This document shows positions 1-9,468 of a DNA stretch of 42,393 nucleotides, one piece after another. Position 1 is the stretch's first letter. Every line of letters begins with the position of its first letter. The notes beneath the pieces are model-generated. The model had not been told where the DNA came from. It saw only the letters and a list, made by a program, of their open reading frames with translations, and did no database searches. The DNA comes from a bacterium (lineage in GTDB: Bacteria > Zhuqueibacterota > Zhuqueibacteria > Zhuqueibacterales > Zhuqueibacteraceae): assembly GCA_044869275.1 (NCBI GenBank), contig JBIOXB010000064.1, positions 1 through 42,393 of the forward strand, in the 5' to 3' direction. A program made the translations under genes and the position numbers.

Positions 1-1989
1 ACCGGCGCGCCTTTCGGGCGCGCTGTATTGCCAGTTCGCCGGGTTGAGCAAATCGTTAGGATCGGGCTGGTCCACGAACAGCGGCACAAAAAAATCCGAA
101 ACCTTCACTTCGCCGTTCGGCGACAGCCAAATGTTGGCCGGCTTGAGATTGCCATGATAGACGCCTTCGCGATGCGCCGCGTGCAAAATGCGGCATACGC
201 GCATGCCCAATGCCAGCCCCTCCGGCAGCGATAACCGCCGCCCGGTTTGCCGAACCTGTTCGAGTGCCTTGCCCTCCAAATATTCCCGCACGAAGTAGAA
301 AATTTCCTCCTGCCAGCCCATGTCGTAAATCATTGCGATGCCGGGCAGCGCCAGCCGGCCGATTTGCCGTATCGCCGCCACCACTTGTTCGCGCAGCGCC
401 GGCGCTTGCATGAGCTTGTAGCTATTGTGCGGACTGAGCGCTTTCAAAATCACCGCGCGCTCCAGCTCGCGGTCGCGTGCGCGATACGTGCCGGCTTCGC
501 GGCTGCCGCGCAGCTTTTCCGTCACCCAGAATTTGCCTAACGCATGCGGCGTTTTTTCCTGCACATATTCCAGCGGATTGCGCCAAATCGCTTCGCAAAT
601 GTCGGCGTGAAAAAAGGGCACTTCCGCGCGCCTCCGGCCGGCATATTTCGCCGGCATCACTTCGTGGCCGAGGTGATTTTCATAAACCGCGCGCGCGACC
701 ATCAATTTGTTCTGAGGTTTTTCCTGTGGCGTCTTCGCGGTCTTGAGGTCGAGCATGTGCAGAACTTCGTACAACATGCGCCAGGCCAGAAGATCGAGCT
801 TGCCATTGTCATCCGTGCGCGCGTGCACCGTCGTGTGCACCCAGATTTGTGCGGCAGGCTTGGCGGTTACGTTGTAGCGCTCGATTTTGTGCAGCAAGTC
901 GATGGCGGCGATGGCGAGCAGCTTGAGTGAATCGGCGAAAGCCAGCAAGCCGTCGCGCAGGCGGTAGCAAATCGCATTTGCCCCTTTTGCCAAATATTTC
1001 GCTGAGAAGTCGATGAATTTTTCCGCCAGCGCGCCGGCGAGCGCTTCGCCGGCTTCGGCCGTGAGCAGTTCGAGATTGATGATCCTCAGCGCCAACACTT
1101 GCCGCGTGGCGGCGGCGCTTGGAACAATCGGGTTGAGCACGGCCAGGCGTTGCGCCAATTCCTGAACAAAAGCAGCATTGCCGCGGGCGTCATTTTTCGT
1201 ATCCGGCAGGGGAGACCACCCCTGCCGCGGCTGCTGAATGAGCGCCAGGGCCAGGCGCAATGCGCTGAATTCGCGCAGCGCGGCAAAGTGTTCCATCCGG
1301 CCGTAAGTGGATATGGCCTGCACGATGGGCTGCCAGTTGCGCGGCGCCACGTCTTGGCCGGACTCGGTCTGCTGCGCGTCGGCGTGGTGAATCGCATAGG
1401 CGCTGTCCAGTGCGAGCAGACGCCGGAGGCCGGCAGCGTTTTCATTGCGCCCCGCGAGATATTCGAGCACGCTGCGGCTCTCGGCATATTTTTCCAGGCG
1501 CCAGCCAAGCTGCACGAGCTGCGTGAGCGTGCGCATCACCTCGCCGTTTTCCAACAGCGCGGCGCGTTTGAGTGTTTCAAAAGCGGGTTCAGGTTGTTCG
1601 TTCTGCAGAAAATGCTGGGCCAGGGCGTGGAACGTTTCGCGGGGGGCGGGGGGATTGAGCGTGAGCACTTGCCGGTATTGCTGGAGCGCAAAGGTGTCGC
1701 GGGCATTGTGCGCCAACAGTACGTGGCAGATCTTGAGCAGCAGCGCGCGATCGTTCGGAAAAAGCTGCAAGACGTGTTGGTAGGTGTGGCGCGCCGGCTC
1801 GTTGCAGCGATTCAGGCCAAGCAAGGCAAGCGCAAAACTGCGATGCATGGCCGGCACGGGCTGGCCGGATTGCAAGAGCTGCGCGAACTTCTCCGCGGCT
1901 TCGGCGTACTGGCCGCGCGCGAGATAAGCTTCGCCCAAGCTCTGCAGGATATGCGCAACACGATCTGCCTGTGGCTGAAGAGGATTCAT
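1..1989 (-). CDS. TPR-like N-terminus + degenerate class III nucleotide-cyclase-like domain + protein pseudokinase domain (3' end beyond window)
   Basis: Not in the ORF track because no stop is reached. Hand translation from ATG 1989 gives MNPLQPQADRVAHILQSLGEAYLARGQYAEAAEKFAQLL (TPR-like). About 1100-580: VLALRIINLELL...CYRLRDGLLAF...IWVHTTVH...KLMVARAVYE...CEAIW (cyclase-like). From 540: LGKFWVTEKLRGSREAGTYRARDRELERAVILK...IYDMG...FYFVREYLEG...YHGNLKPANIW...VKVSDFF...YSAPE (kinase fold). Positions about 1260-1860 were not translated by hand; the track reports no stop-terminated ORF in this frame. Confidence 0.85.
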   Translation of the reverse strand, partial: MNPLQPQADRVAHILQSLGEAYLARGQYAEAAEKFAQLLQSGQPVPAMHRSFALALLGLNRCNEPARHTYQHVLQLFPNDRALLLKICHVLLAHNARDTFALQQYRQVLTLNPPAPRETFHALAQHFLQNEQPEPAFETLKRAALLENGEVMRTLTQLVQLGWRLEKYAESRSVLEYLAGRNENAAGLRRLLALDSAYAIHHADAQQTESGQDVAPRNWQPIVQAISTYGRMEHFAALREFSALRLALALIQQPRQGWSPLPDTKNDARGNAAFVQELAQRLAVLNPIVPSAAATRQVLALRIINLELLTAEAGEALAGALAEKFIDFSAKYLAKGANAICYRLRDGLLAFADSLKLLAIAAIDLLHKIERYNVTAKPAAQIWVHTTVHARTDDNGKLDLLAWRMLYEVLHMLDLKTAKTPQEKPQNKLMVARAVYENHLGHEVMPAKYAGRRRAEVPFFHADICEAIWRNPLEYVQEKTPHALGKFWVTEKLRGSREAGTYRARDRELERAVILKALSPHNSYKLMQAPALREQVVAAIRQIGRLALPGIAMIYDMGWQEEIFYFVREYLEGKALEQVRQTGRRLSLPEGLALGMRVCRILHAAHREGVYHGNLKPANIWLSPNGEVKVSDFFVPLFVDQPDPNDLLNPANWQYSAPERRAG

Positions 1990-2018
1990 TTCAGATTCGA
2001 GACCAAGCCGCGCGTGCT

Positions 2019-3671
2019 TCAAAACTCCAGCGTTTTGACGTCGCCCTGGGAGACGCTCACACTAACTTTTTGATGCAGCACGTGGCCGGTGCTGTCCTTC
2101 ACCGTAATGGTGTAAACGCCGGGCGGCAGAAAAAAGCCTGCTTCGGCGAGAGGCAGCACAGGCCCGACCTGAAGATCGTTCGCAAAGATTTCCGCGCCGC
2201 TATAGCGCGCCAGATTGAGTCCGGGAAGAAAAATACGCCCGCCGCTTTGCGGCACCAGGCTTTCGGGAGCAGGGTCGGCGTTTTCATCTGGGAGTGTTGG
2301 CTCCGGGTTGGACAGCACCTGGGCCCGCGGCGAAGCAGAATCCTGCGCCGCAACGCTGGGTGCCTGCGCCGGTGGCTCGTGTTCAATTTCGGTGGAGGCT
2401 TCTGCTGCCATGCTTTCAGGAGAGGCCGTCGCGACCGGTACCGGCGGATTCTGTCCGGCTATGGTTGCGACCGAATCGAATGCCAGCGGAGTCAAGCTTT
2501 CCGGATCCGTGGCCGGAGGCGTCTCAAACAGCACTTCACTCGAATCCACGGCGGGGGAGGCAAGACTTTCAGCCGCAGGAATGAAAGGAGCTGGCTCGAG
2601 CTTTGCCGGCGCGGCGGTCTGCGCCGGTTCCGTTGCAACCGGCTCGAAAGGCGGCATCGTGGCCACATTTTCTTCCGTGCGGTTAAAGGGATGCAGAAAG
2701 TATACGGCCACGGCCAAACCCGCGATCATGGCCACCAGCGGGAAAACGCGCATGGCCACGCGTTTGGCTGGGTTCGGCGGCGCCTTTTTCTCGCTCGCGC
2801 CGAAATATTGGCGCCTGATGAATTTTTCTTCGGCCGCCAGCAAAGGTTCGGTTTCTTCCGCGAGCGTCATTTTCACGTGCCTGCTGCGCACCGTGATCGC
2901 GCGCGTCGGCTTCACCCAGGCGAGGGCGGCAGTGATATTGTCGGAGCCATTGCTTTGTTTCGCGCGCTGCACCAGCCGCTCCACTTCCTGCACCAGCGCG
3001 GCTTCGTTGTTGTTTTGCAGGTTTTGTAGAATGGCCTCCGGCGGCAGGGCGTTGTGCAGACCGTCGGTGCACAGCAGAAATTTTTCCGCGCCGTTCAACG
3101 GGAACCATTGTAAATCGATCTTGGTGGCGTGGTGGGTGCCGAGCGCGCGCGTCAACACGTTTTTTTTGCTGAAATGCTGCACCTCGTCCGCACGGATTTC
3201 GCGGTCTTGCAGCAGCTCGTTCACCCAGCTATGATCCTCGGTCAATTGCTGCAAAGCTTTTTGCTTGAGCTGGTAGGCGCGGCTGTCGCCGATGTGCACG
3301 GCGCAGGCGATGGTGTCGTTGAAGGCCATGGCCACCAGCGTCGTGCCCATGCCACGCATGTTTTGCTCCTGCTCGGCCATCAGGAACAGGCGCCGGTTGG
3401 CCAGGCGTGCGCCCGCGAGCAGGCGCAACGCGATTTCCGGCATGCGCTCCTGCTGGTCGCTGCAAAAGAAGCGTAGCTCGGCGAGATCGGGATAGAAAAA
3501 TACGTCGCGCATGGTCTCGCCCGCGATGCGGCTGGCCACCGCTCCGCTCTGGTGCCCGCCCATGCCGTCGCACACCACCACCAGCCTCTTCTCTAGCGAG
3601 TAATAGAAAAAATCTTCATTGGTCTTGCGCACGGTGCCGCAATCCGTCGCGCCTGCGATCACAATTTCCAT
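2019..3671 (-). CDS. PP2C/PPM-family Ser/Thr phosphatase (PrpC/Stp-like) with TM helix, Pro/Ala-rich linker and short C-terminal PEGA-like domain
   Basis: Motifs RKTNED, CDGMGGH, HIGDSRAY, LTRALG, LCTDGL, GSDNIT; hydrophobic VFPLVAMIAGLAVAVYFL; C-terminal LPPGVYTITVK. ATG 3671 (MEIVIAG) preferred over TTG 3683. Confidence 0.93.
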   Translation of the reverse strand: MEIVIAGATDCGTVRKTNEDFFYYSLEKRLVVVCDGMGGHQSGAVASRIAGETMRDVFFYPDLAELRFFCSDQQERMPEIALRLLAGARLANRRLFLMAEQEQNMRGMGTTLVAMAFNDTIACAVHIGDSRAYQLKQKALQQLTEDHSWVNELLQDREIRADEVQHFSKKNVLTRALGTHHATKIDLQWFPLNGAEKFLLCTDGLHNALPPEAILQNLQNNNEAALVQEVERLVQRAKQSNGSDNITAALAWVKPTRAITVRSRHVKMTLAEETEPLLAAEEKFIRRQYFGASEKKAPPNPAKRVAMRVFPLVAMIAGLAVAVYFLHPFNRTEENVATMPPFEPVATEPAQTAAPAKLEPAPFIPAAESLASPAVDSSEVLFETPPATDPESLTPLAFDSVATIAGQNPPVPVATASPESMAAEASTEIEHEPPAQAPSVAAQDSASPRAQVLSNPEPTLPDENADPAPESLVPQSGGRIFLPGLNLARYSGAEIFANDLQVGPVLPLAEAGFFLPPGVYTITVKDSTGHVLHQKVSVSVSQGDVKTLEF

Positions 3672-3854
3672 GGACAATCTCAAGCATTCAAAACAAAAAG
3701 CGTAAAACTGAAAATCCGAACAATTCCGTGCTCAAAAGTTGCAATACTTTGGTAAAATAGCAAGCGGATTGAGCGGGAGTCTGCGACGAGTCTCGAGGCG
3801 AAGCTTTTGCCCGGTCAATCCGCGGAGGCGCGCAGATTTGATGAAGAGAATCAT

Positions 3855-6383
3855 TCAACCCTTTGCAAAGCGCCGCCGGCGCTGTTGGATCCAGAATTTG
3901 GCGGCGTTGATCGCAACGAGCGCGAAAATGCTCCCCACCAGCAATGCCGTCCAGGTTCCCGTGGGGAAATGCGTCACCAACAGCGTGGAAAGATTCGTGG
4001 AACTGCCGTGGCGCTGGCCCCAGATGATGGTGCCGGCAGGCACGCGGCGATTGCTGCGAAACGTGTGCACGACGCCGTCCGCGCTGACCATTAGAATATC
4101 GACCGCCGCTTTGTCGCTCAAATCCGCCAGCAGCGGTGCTTCGCGCGGCACTACGATGGTCTCGCGCTCCTGCCATGAGATCTCGCCGGTTTTGCCGTTG
4201 AGAATTTTGAGCCAGCCGTTGTTTTCAGCGGCCACGACTTCCACGCGCCCGTCGTGATCGAAATCAAACAGCACGGGAAGCTGCACCAGCGGGAGGCCCT
4301 GGGCTTGCCACAATACCGGCTGTTTCTGGCCGTCGCGGCCCAGGCCGCGAAATGCTGAAATCGTGCCTTGCTCATCCACGGCGACCACGTCCGCAAGGCC
4401 GTCGGCATCCACATCTCCCAGCGCGAATGGATAGGAGAAATCCGCCAACGAATCGGGGTGGGTGGCGAGATGGTTCCACCACAACTCGCGCGTTTTGATC
4501 GCTCCGTCTGTCCCTTGGTTGGAAACATCAACGCATACCAAATTGCCCTGCCGGCTGGTGACCAGGAGATCGAGCCGCCCGTCGCCGTTGAAATCCGCCG
4601 CGCTCACGGGATGACGAATCTGATTGCTTTCATCGAAGCGGCCGCGCAGCTTGTTGAGGCTGAGATTGATATTGACGCTTCCGCTCAAACGGCGCTCGCT
4701 GCCGTCATAAATCAGCACCAGCCCGCGCTCGGTTCCGATCAATACCTCCTCGTCGCCGTCGCGATCGAGGTCGGCGCACGACAGCGGCGCCTGCACGATG
4801 ACGCCGGTCTCAATTTCTACCCATTCCGGCTCTTGCCGGCGCGCATAGCCGACGATCATTTTGCCCTGCACGCTCACCACCGCGACGTCGGGACGGCCGT
4901 CGCCGTCAAAATTACCGACCAGGGGCGGGCCGACCAATTCGTGCGCGAGAAAAGGACTCGTCCAGATTTCGGCGCCGTGCTGGCCGTCGATCGCTACCAT
5001 ATGCCCGCTGGCCATGATCGCCACGAGATCCGCCTTGCCATTGCCGTTGAGGTCGGCGGCCGCCACGGGATAGTTGCGGTCCAACACCACTGTGCTGAGG
5101 CGCCAGAGGCGCTGCCGCGTTTTGCCACTGAGCGCGCTGAGCGTGCCGTCGGAGTGCATAAACACCATGTCGGTATGAGCATCGTCATTCACGTGCACCA
5201 GCACCGGCAAAGCCGCATAATCGGAAAGCACGGCCCGGCTTTCTGCGGCCGCTTCCTCTTCGCCGCCGGCGCTGACTTTGGCAAAGCGGTGGTATTGCAT
5301 TTCCAATTTTACAGGAGCGTCTGTCGCCAGCGCGCGATGGTACCACGCATAGGCGCCGATGAGCACGCCCAAGAGCGTGATCACGAGGCTGCCCACGGAA
5401 AGCGCTTGCGCCCGATAACGCAGCCACCAAGCGCCGGTCTTTCGGGGAAAGGAGAAGTCCCAATTGCCTTCAGCGACGAAGCGCAACACCGTGCTTTGCT
5501 GATCGCTCACGATTTCAATTTCGTCGCCGGGTGCGAGCAGCAACTCATCGCTCTCGGCCAGGCGATCCTGATTCAAATACGTGCGGCTTTTGCTGCGTTT
5601 GTCACTGAGATAAAAGTGGTTGTGGCGATGAGAAATCGTGGCGTGGCGGCGCGAAATGCTGGGGTCAATCTCCCCTTTGCGGTTTTCGCGAATGACGATG
5701 TCGTTTAAACGCGCCTCGCGGCCGATTTTGGTTTCGCCGAAATTCAACTGGAACTTTTTGCCGAGATAAGGGCCGTGAATGGCAAGTAGATAATAGGGTG
5801 ATTTCGCCGCAGGATCCGGCGACGCCTCTTGCCCCGCCTGTTCTTGGGGTGCGGCTTGTTCGATGACCTCCGCCAGCTCTTTTTCCAAGCTCACCAGCTC
5901 ATTTTCTTCTTGCGAACGCAACCGTCGCAAACGTTCGAGGTCGCTCGGCTCGCTTCCGCCTGCTTCGCGTTCCAGCGCGGCGCCGAAGCCGGCGTTGCCC
6001 GCCGCAGCGTCGAGTACGGCTTCCTTCGCCTCGCTCCAGAAACTGGCACTGCCACCGGCGGGGCTTTGCGTTTCGCGCGCAGCGGTGAGGGAATGACGAA
6101 ACACCAGCGTGTGCTCACCCAGGCTGATGGCGTCCCCGTCTCCGATCTCGGTTGCGGTGTTGATCTTGATGCCATTGAGGAATGTGCCATACGCGCTTTT
6201 GAGGTCGCGCACGAAGTATTGCACGCCGCGCCGTTCGATGTGCAGATGTTGCAGCGAAACGGTTTTGTCGGCGACGACCACGTGATTTTCGCCGCCGGAG
6301 CCGATGCTGCAAACCGCCCCTGTTTCCGGAAGGGCGAATTCCGCCAGCACCTCTGCTTTTTTCTTCAGAATGATCTTCGGCAT
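3855..6383 (-). CDS. Membrane protein: two FHA domains, TM helix, FG-GAP/PQQ-like beta-propeller, C-terminal TM helix
   Basis: FHA1 (VSLQH...DLKSAYGTFLNG) and FHA2 (IGRE...ISRRHA...DKRSKSRTYLN); TM SVGSLVITLLGVLIGAYAW; repeated ADLNGNGKADL, NFDGDGRPDV, DLDRDGDEEV, DFNGDGRLDL, DVDADGLADV; C-terminal hydrophobic stretch followed by RRRR. Confidence 0.88.
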   Translation of the reverse strand: MPKIILKKKAEVLAEFALPETGAVCSIGSGGENHVVVADKTVSLQHLHIERRGVQYFVRDLKSAYGTFLNGIKINTATEIGDGDAISLGEHTLVFRHSLTAARETQSPAGGSASFWSEAKEAVLDAAAGNAGFGAALEREAGGSEPSDLERLRRLRSQEENELVSLEKELAEVIEQAAPQEQAGQEASPDPAAKSPYYLLAIHGPYLGKKFQLNFGETKIGREARLNDIVIRENRKGEIDPSISRRHATISHRHNHFYLSDKRSKSRTYLNQDRLAESDELLLAPGDEIEIVSDQQSTVLRFVAEGNWDFSFPRKTGAWWLRYRAQALSVGSLVITLLGVLIGAYAWYHRALATDAPVKLEMQYHRFAKVSAGGEEEAAAESRAVLSDYAALPVLVHVNDDAHTDMVFMHSDGTLSALSGKTRQRLWRLSTVVLDRNYPVAAADLNGNGKADLVAIMASGHMVAIDGQHGAEIWTSPFLAHELVGPPLVGNFDGDGRPDVAVVSVQGKMIVGYARRQEPEWVEIETGVIVQAPLSCADLDRDGDEEVLIGTERGLVLIYDGSERRLSGSVNINLSLNKLRGRFDESNQIRHPVSAADFNGDGRLDLLVTSRQGNLVCVDVSNQGTDGAIKTRELWWNHLATHPDSLADFSYPFALGDVDADGLADVVAVDEQGTISAFRGLGRDGQKQPVLWQAQGLPLVQLPVLFDFDHDGRVEVVAAENNGWLKILNGKTGEISWQERETIVVPREAPLLADLSDKAAVDILMVSADGVVHTFRSNRRVPAGTIIWGQRHGSSTNLSTLLVTHFPTGTWTALLVGSIFALVAINAAKFWIQQRRRRFAKG

Positions 6384-6415
6384 TTGTGCTCCCTGCCGCG
6401 GGCAGGCAGAGTTCT

Positions 6416-9088
6416 TTACTGTTGAGGCGATAATTTGAAAACCAGCGTGCGTTGCTCGCTGGCGGTGATTTCATGGTCTTGCGCGACGGCTTGATAACCG
6501 TCTTTGGCGACGCGAATGCTGTAAATTCCGGGCGCGAGCGCATGCACCGCGACGCCATACATATCGGTTCGGCTCAAGAACCTTTCCTCATCATTTGCCA
6601 TCTCCGCATTCCGGCAGCTGATTTCGGCTCCCGCGAGCGGCGCTTCGGTCTGCTCGTCGAGCACCAGAATCTCGACGTCAACGCTGCCGGGCGACATGCG
6701 CGCGATCGCCATGGTGCTGCTCGGCGGAATCGTCAAGGTATAGGTGCCGTAACCTTCTTTGACCAAAGTGACCGTATAGGTCAGCGGCAGCAAGGTGAGC
6801 TCGCACGGGGTTTTGGTTTTTAGCCGTGTGCGCCGGTCACCATACACCAGCTCGGTCACTTGCGCGCCGATATCATTGTCACTGGAGTCAGCGGCTTCTT
6901 TGGCAAATACGCGCACCACGCGCGACAGCATTTCATCATATTCTTCGGGCGAAGCTTCGTCCACCATGGTCTCGAATGTTTTCGGCAAATAACCCGGTTT
7001 TTGCAGCGTAATCGCATGCGAGCCCATGGGCAGGAGCAGCTCGGTGGCATAGCCGGTGACGCCGACCGGGCCGCCGCTGCCGTCGAGAAAGATTTCCGCC
7101 AGGCTGGGCGTGGAATTGATTTTGATTTGCTTGGCAAAAAATCCGGCGACCACGAAATGCTCGCGCTGTCCTTCAATGCGCTCGAATTTCCACAAGCGGC
7201 GGTCCTCGATGGTCTCCGCACCTTCCAGCGTACTCAGCGTGAAGCCGCTCAACGCCATCAAGCCCGGCTTGCGCAATTCGATTTTTAGCGGATCGCCCAC
7301 TTCGACCACCGCACGGCAGGGTGTGGGCTCTGCGTAGGGGATGCCGTTCAAATACACTTCTGCACCCGGTGGCTGTGAGGTGATTTCCAGAATCATTTTG
7401 AACCGGAAGATGTAAGGCTGATCACCCTCACGCTTGCTTTCGCCGGCGACGGCCACGCCGCCCTTGGGCAGCACTTGGATCGAGCGCACGATAGGCTCGA
7501 AGCGCGGCAAGGTCAGCGTGAGCTTGTGCACCCCCGGCGCGATGGCGTCGAGCGCGAGCGGCGTGGTCTTGGGGAGCGGCTTGTCGTCCAAATAGACTTG
7601 CGCGTTGGGTGGAAAGGAAACGATGCGAATGGCTGGCGGAAAAAGATAGTCGTACACTCCCGCGCCCAGCGTGGTCCAGCGCATGAAAATATCCACGATC
7701 AAAAACAGCATGAAGGCCGCCAGCACGCCGGCGCCAGTGCGCAGAATCGCCTGCCGGTGCGTGCGCGCGGAAAGCCGCACGACGTCGATGATCGTGCGCA
7801 CCTCGCCTTCTTCCTCCTCTTCACCGATCACGCGATAGTACGCGCCTTCGGGGGGCGCGGCGAGGCCGCTAAACGGAGTCAAGTCGTTCTCCGCCTGCGG
7901 CGTCACTTCCACTTCCACGGGCGTTTCGTCTTGTTCGATTGCGCCATTGCCGGAAAAAGCCGAAAGGAGATTCGCGTGGTCTTCGTTGAGCTCGAGCACC
8001 AGTTCTGTTTCTGGCGTTTGCAATTCCGGCTGCGCCCGCTTTTCCCCGGCTTGAGGCAGGGTGATTGGAATTGACATTGTGGCCGTCTCCTCAAAATCCG
8101 CTGAGAGATCGGACGCGACCTCATGAAATGGAGCCGTTCTGGGGAGTTGCCTCGCCGGCGCGATTTTCTGCACCATGGTGCCCAGTTCCAGGGCGTAATC
8201 CGTGGCTGGAGCGTGCGCCGAGAGATAGTTCATCAGCTCGAGATACATATGATTCGCGGATTGATAGCGCTGCGCTGGTTCTTTCTGCAGCGCGCGCGCG
8301 AGGACATTCGCCAGCAGGTCCGGCACACCGGCGTGTGACAGCGAAGACAAATCCCACTGGCCGGAGCGAAGTTTTGCGATGGCGGCTTGGGGATCTTTTT
8401 CGGGAAAAAGACGCTTGCCGGTCAGCAATTCATAAAACACCACGCCCAGCGCAAAGAGGTCCGCGCGGTGATCGAGGCGGGTGGTTTCGACTTGCTCTGG
8501 CGCGAGGTAGCCCAGTTTCCCTTGAATCAAGACTTCGTCGTTGCCGCGGGCCAGCCCCAGACCGCGGCGCCGCACGCCCGCCAGGCCGAAATCGATGATT
8601 TTCACCTCCCCGAGGCAATTGATCATCAGGTTCCCCGGCGAAATATCCTGATGCACGAGCTGCAGCGGCTGGTGGGTGTCGGGGTCACGGCGCGTGTGCG
8701 CATAGTCCAAACCAGAGCAGACTTCGGAAACGAGAGCGGCACACAGATGTGCGGGCAATCCGGAATTTTCCTGGCGGTAGGCTTTCAGGAATTGGCGCAG
8801 ATCGGCGCCGTCAACGTACTCCATGATAATGTAGAACTGTCCGCCGGCATCGCGCTTGATGTCGTAGATACGGATGACGTTGTGGTGGTTGAGGCGGGCG
8901 ATGGCCAGCGCTTCCGCTTGAAACAGATCGACGTACTTGGCCTCGCCGAGCAATTCCGGCGGGATGGTTTTGACGGCGACGGGTTTGTCGAACAATAAAT
9001 CACGGCCAAAAGAAATGACGCCGAATCCTCCGCGCTTAATTTCTTCGAGAATTTCGTATTTGCCGTCCAGTATTTTTACGGCTTCCAT
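6416..9088 (-). CDS. Hanks-type transmembrane Ser/Thr protein kinase with extracytoplasmic PEGA repeats and a C-terminal carboxypeptidase-regulatory-like domain
   Basis: RGGFGVI, VAVK, FQAEA, HQDISPGN, DFG, GKLGYLAPE, DLFALG; TM AGVLAAFMLFLIVDIF; PEGA units SFPPNAQVYLD, SQPPGAEVYLNG, STPSLAEIFLDG. Confidence 0.93.
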   Translation of the reverse strand: MEAVKILDGKYEILEEIKRGGFGVISFGRDLLFDKPVAVKTIPPELLGEAKYVDLFQAEALAIARLNHHNVIRIYDIKRDAGGQFYIIMEYVDGADLRQFLKAYRQENSGLPAHLCAALVSEVCSGLDYAHTRRDPDTHQPLQLVHQDISPGNLMINCLGEVKIIDFGLAGVRRRGLGLARGNDEVLIQGKLGYLAPEQVETTRLDHRADLFALGVVFYELLTGKRLFPEKDPQAAIAKLRSGQWDLSSLSHAGVPDLLANVLARALQKEPAQRYQSANHMYLELMNYLSAHAPATDYALELGTMVQKIAPARQLPRTAPFHEVASDLSADFEETATMSIPITLPQAGEKRAQPELQTPETELVLELNEDHANLLSAFSGNGAIEQDETPVEVEVTPQAENDLTPFSGLAAPPEGAYYRVIGEEEEEGEVRTIIDVVRLSARTHRQAILRTGAGVLAAFMLFLIVDIFMRWTTLGAGVYDYLFPPAIRIVSFPPNAQVYLDDKPLPKTTPLALDAIAPGVHKLTLTLPRFEPIVRSIQVLPKGGVAVAGESKREGDQPYIFRFKMILEITSQPPGAEVYLNGIPYAEPTPCRAVVEVGDPLKIELRKPGLMALSGFTLSTLEGAETIEDRRLWKFERIEGQREHFVVAGFFAKQIKINSTPSLAEIFLDGSGGPVGVTGYATELLLPMGSHAITLQKPGYLPKTFETMVDEASPEEYDEMLSRVVRVFAKEAADSSDNDIGAQVTELVYGDRRTRLKTKTPCELTLLPLTYTVTLVKEGYGTYTLTIPPSSTMAIARMSPGSVDVEILVLDEQTEAPLAGAEISCRNAEMANDEERFLSRTDMYGVAVHALAPGIYSIRVAKDGYQAVAQDHEITASEQRTLVFKLSPQQ

Positions 9089-9276
9089 GAGATTGCCTTG
9101 TTAAAGTCGTTCTTGCAACGCGTGCGGTGCCGGATCGTGGAGCGGATTGTTTTAACAATACCATCCATCTCCCGGCTTTGCGAAGAAAGGCTGGCAATCT
9201 TGAGTTTAAAACCTGTTAACAATTGCCGGCGCGGCCTGCTCGTGGCGTTTGCGGTCGCGCGCCACAGAACTTTTGC

Positions 9277-9305
9277 TTGCTTATCAAATGGCGAATATGT
9301 ACAAT
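9277..9305 (+). promoter_or_regulatory. sigma70-type promoter for the polyprenyl synthase/pts genes
   Basis: TTGCTT-N17-TACAAT in the divergent intergenic region. Confidence 0.5.
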
Positions 9306-9468
9306 TGGTATCCTATTGGTATGTCTCTCCGCCGGCGTATATTGAGGCGGAGAAACAATCTGAGCATGAAAAAGTTGCGAATTTCGATTCACCGGCCGAC
9401 CCGGATAGCCGGGAAGATATTTTCGGAAGGCTGACTCATTCAATTCGAGGTGCGGCGAAGGATCATCA

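Noticed and set aside
28..2073. Plus-strand ORFs in the track (28-234, 247-540, 544-930, 1099-2073)
   Set aside because: Antisense shadows of the minus-strand TPR/pseudokinase gene; no motifs of their own.
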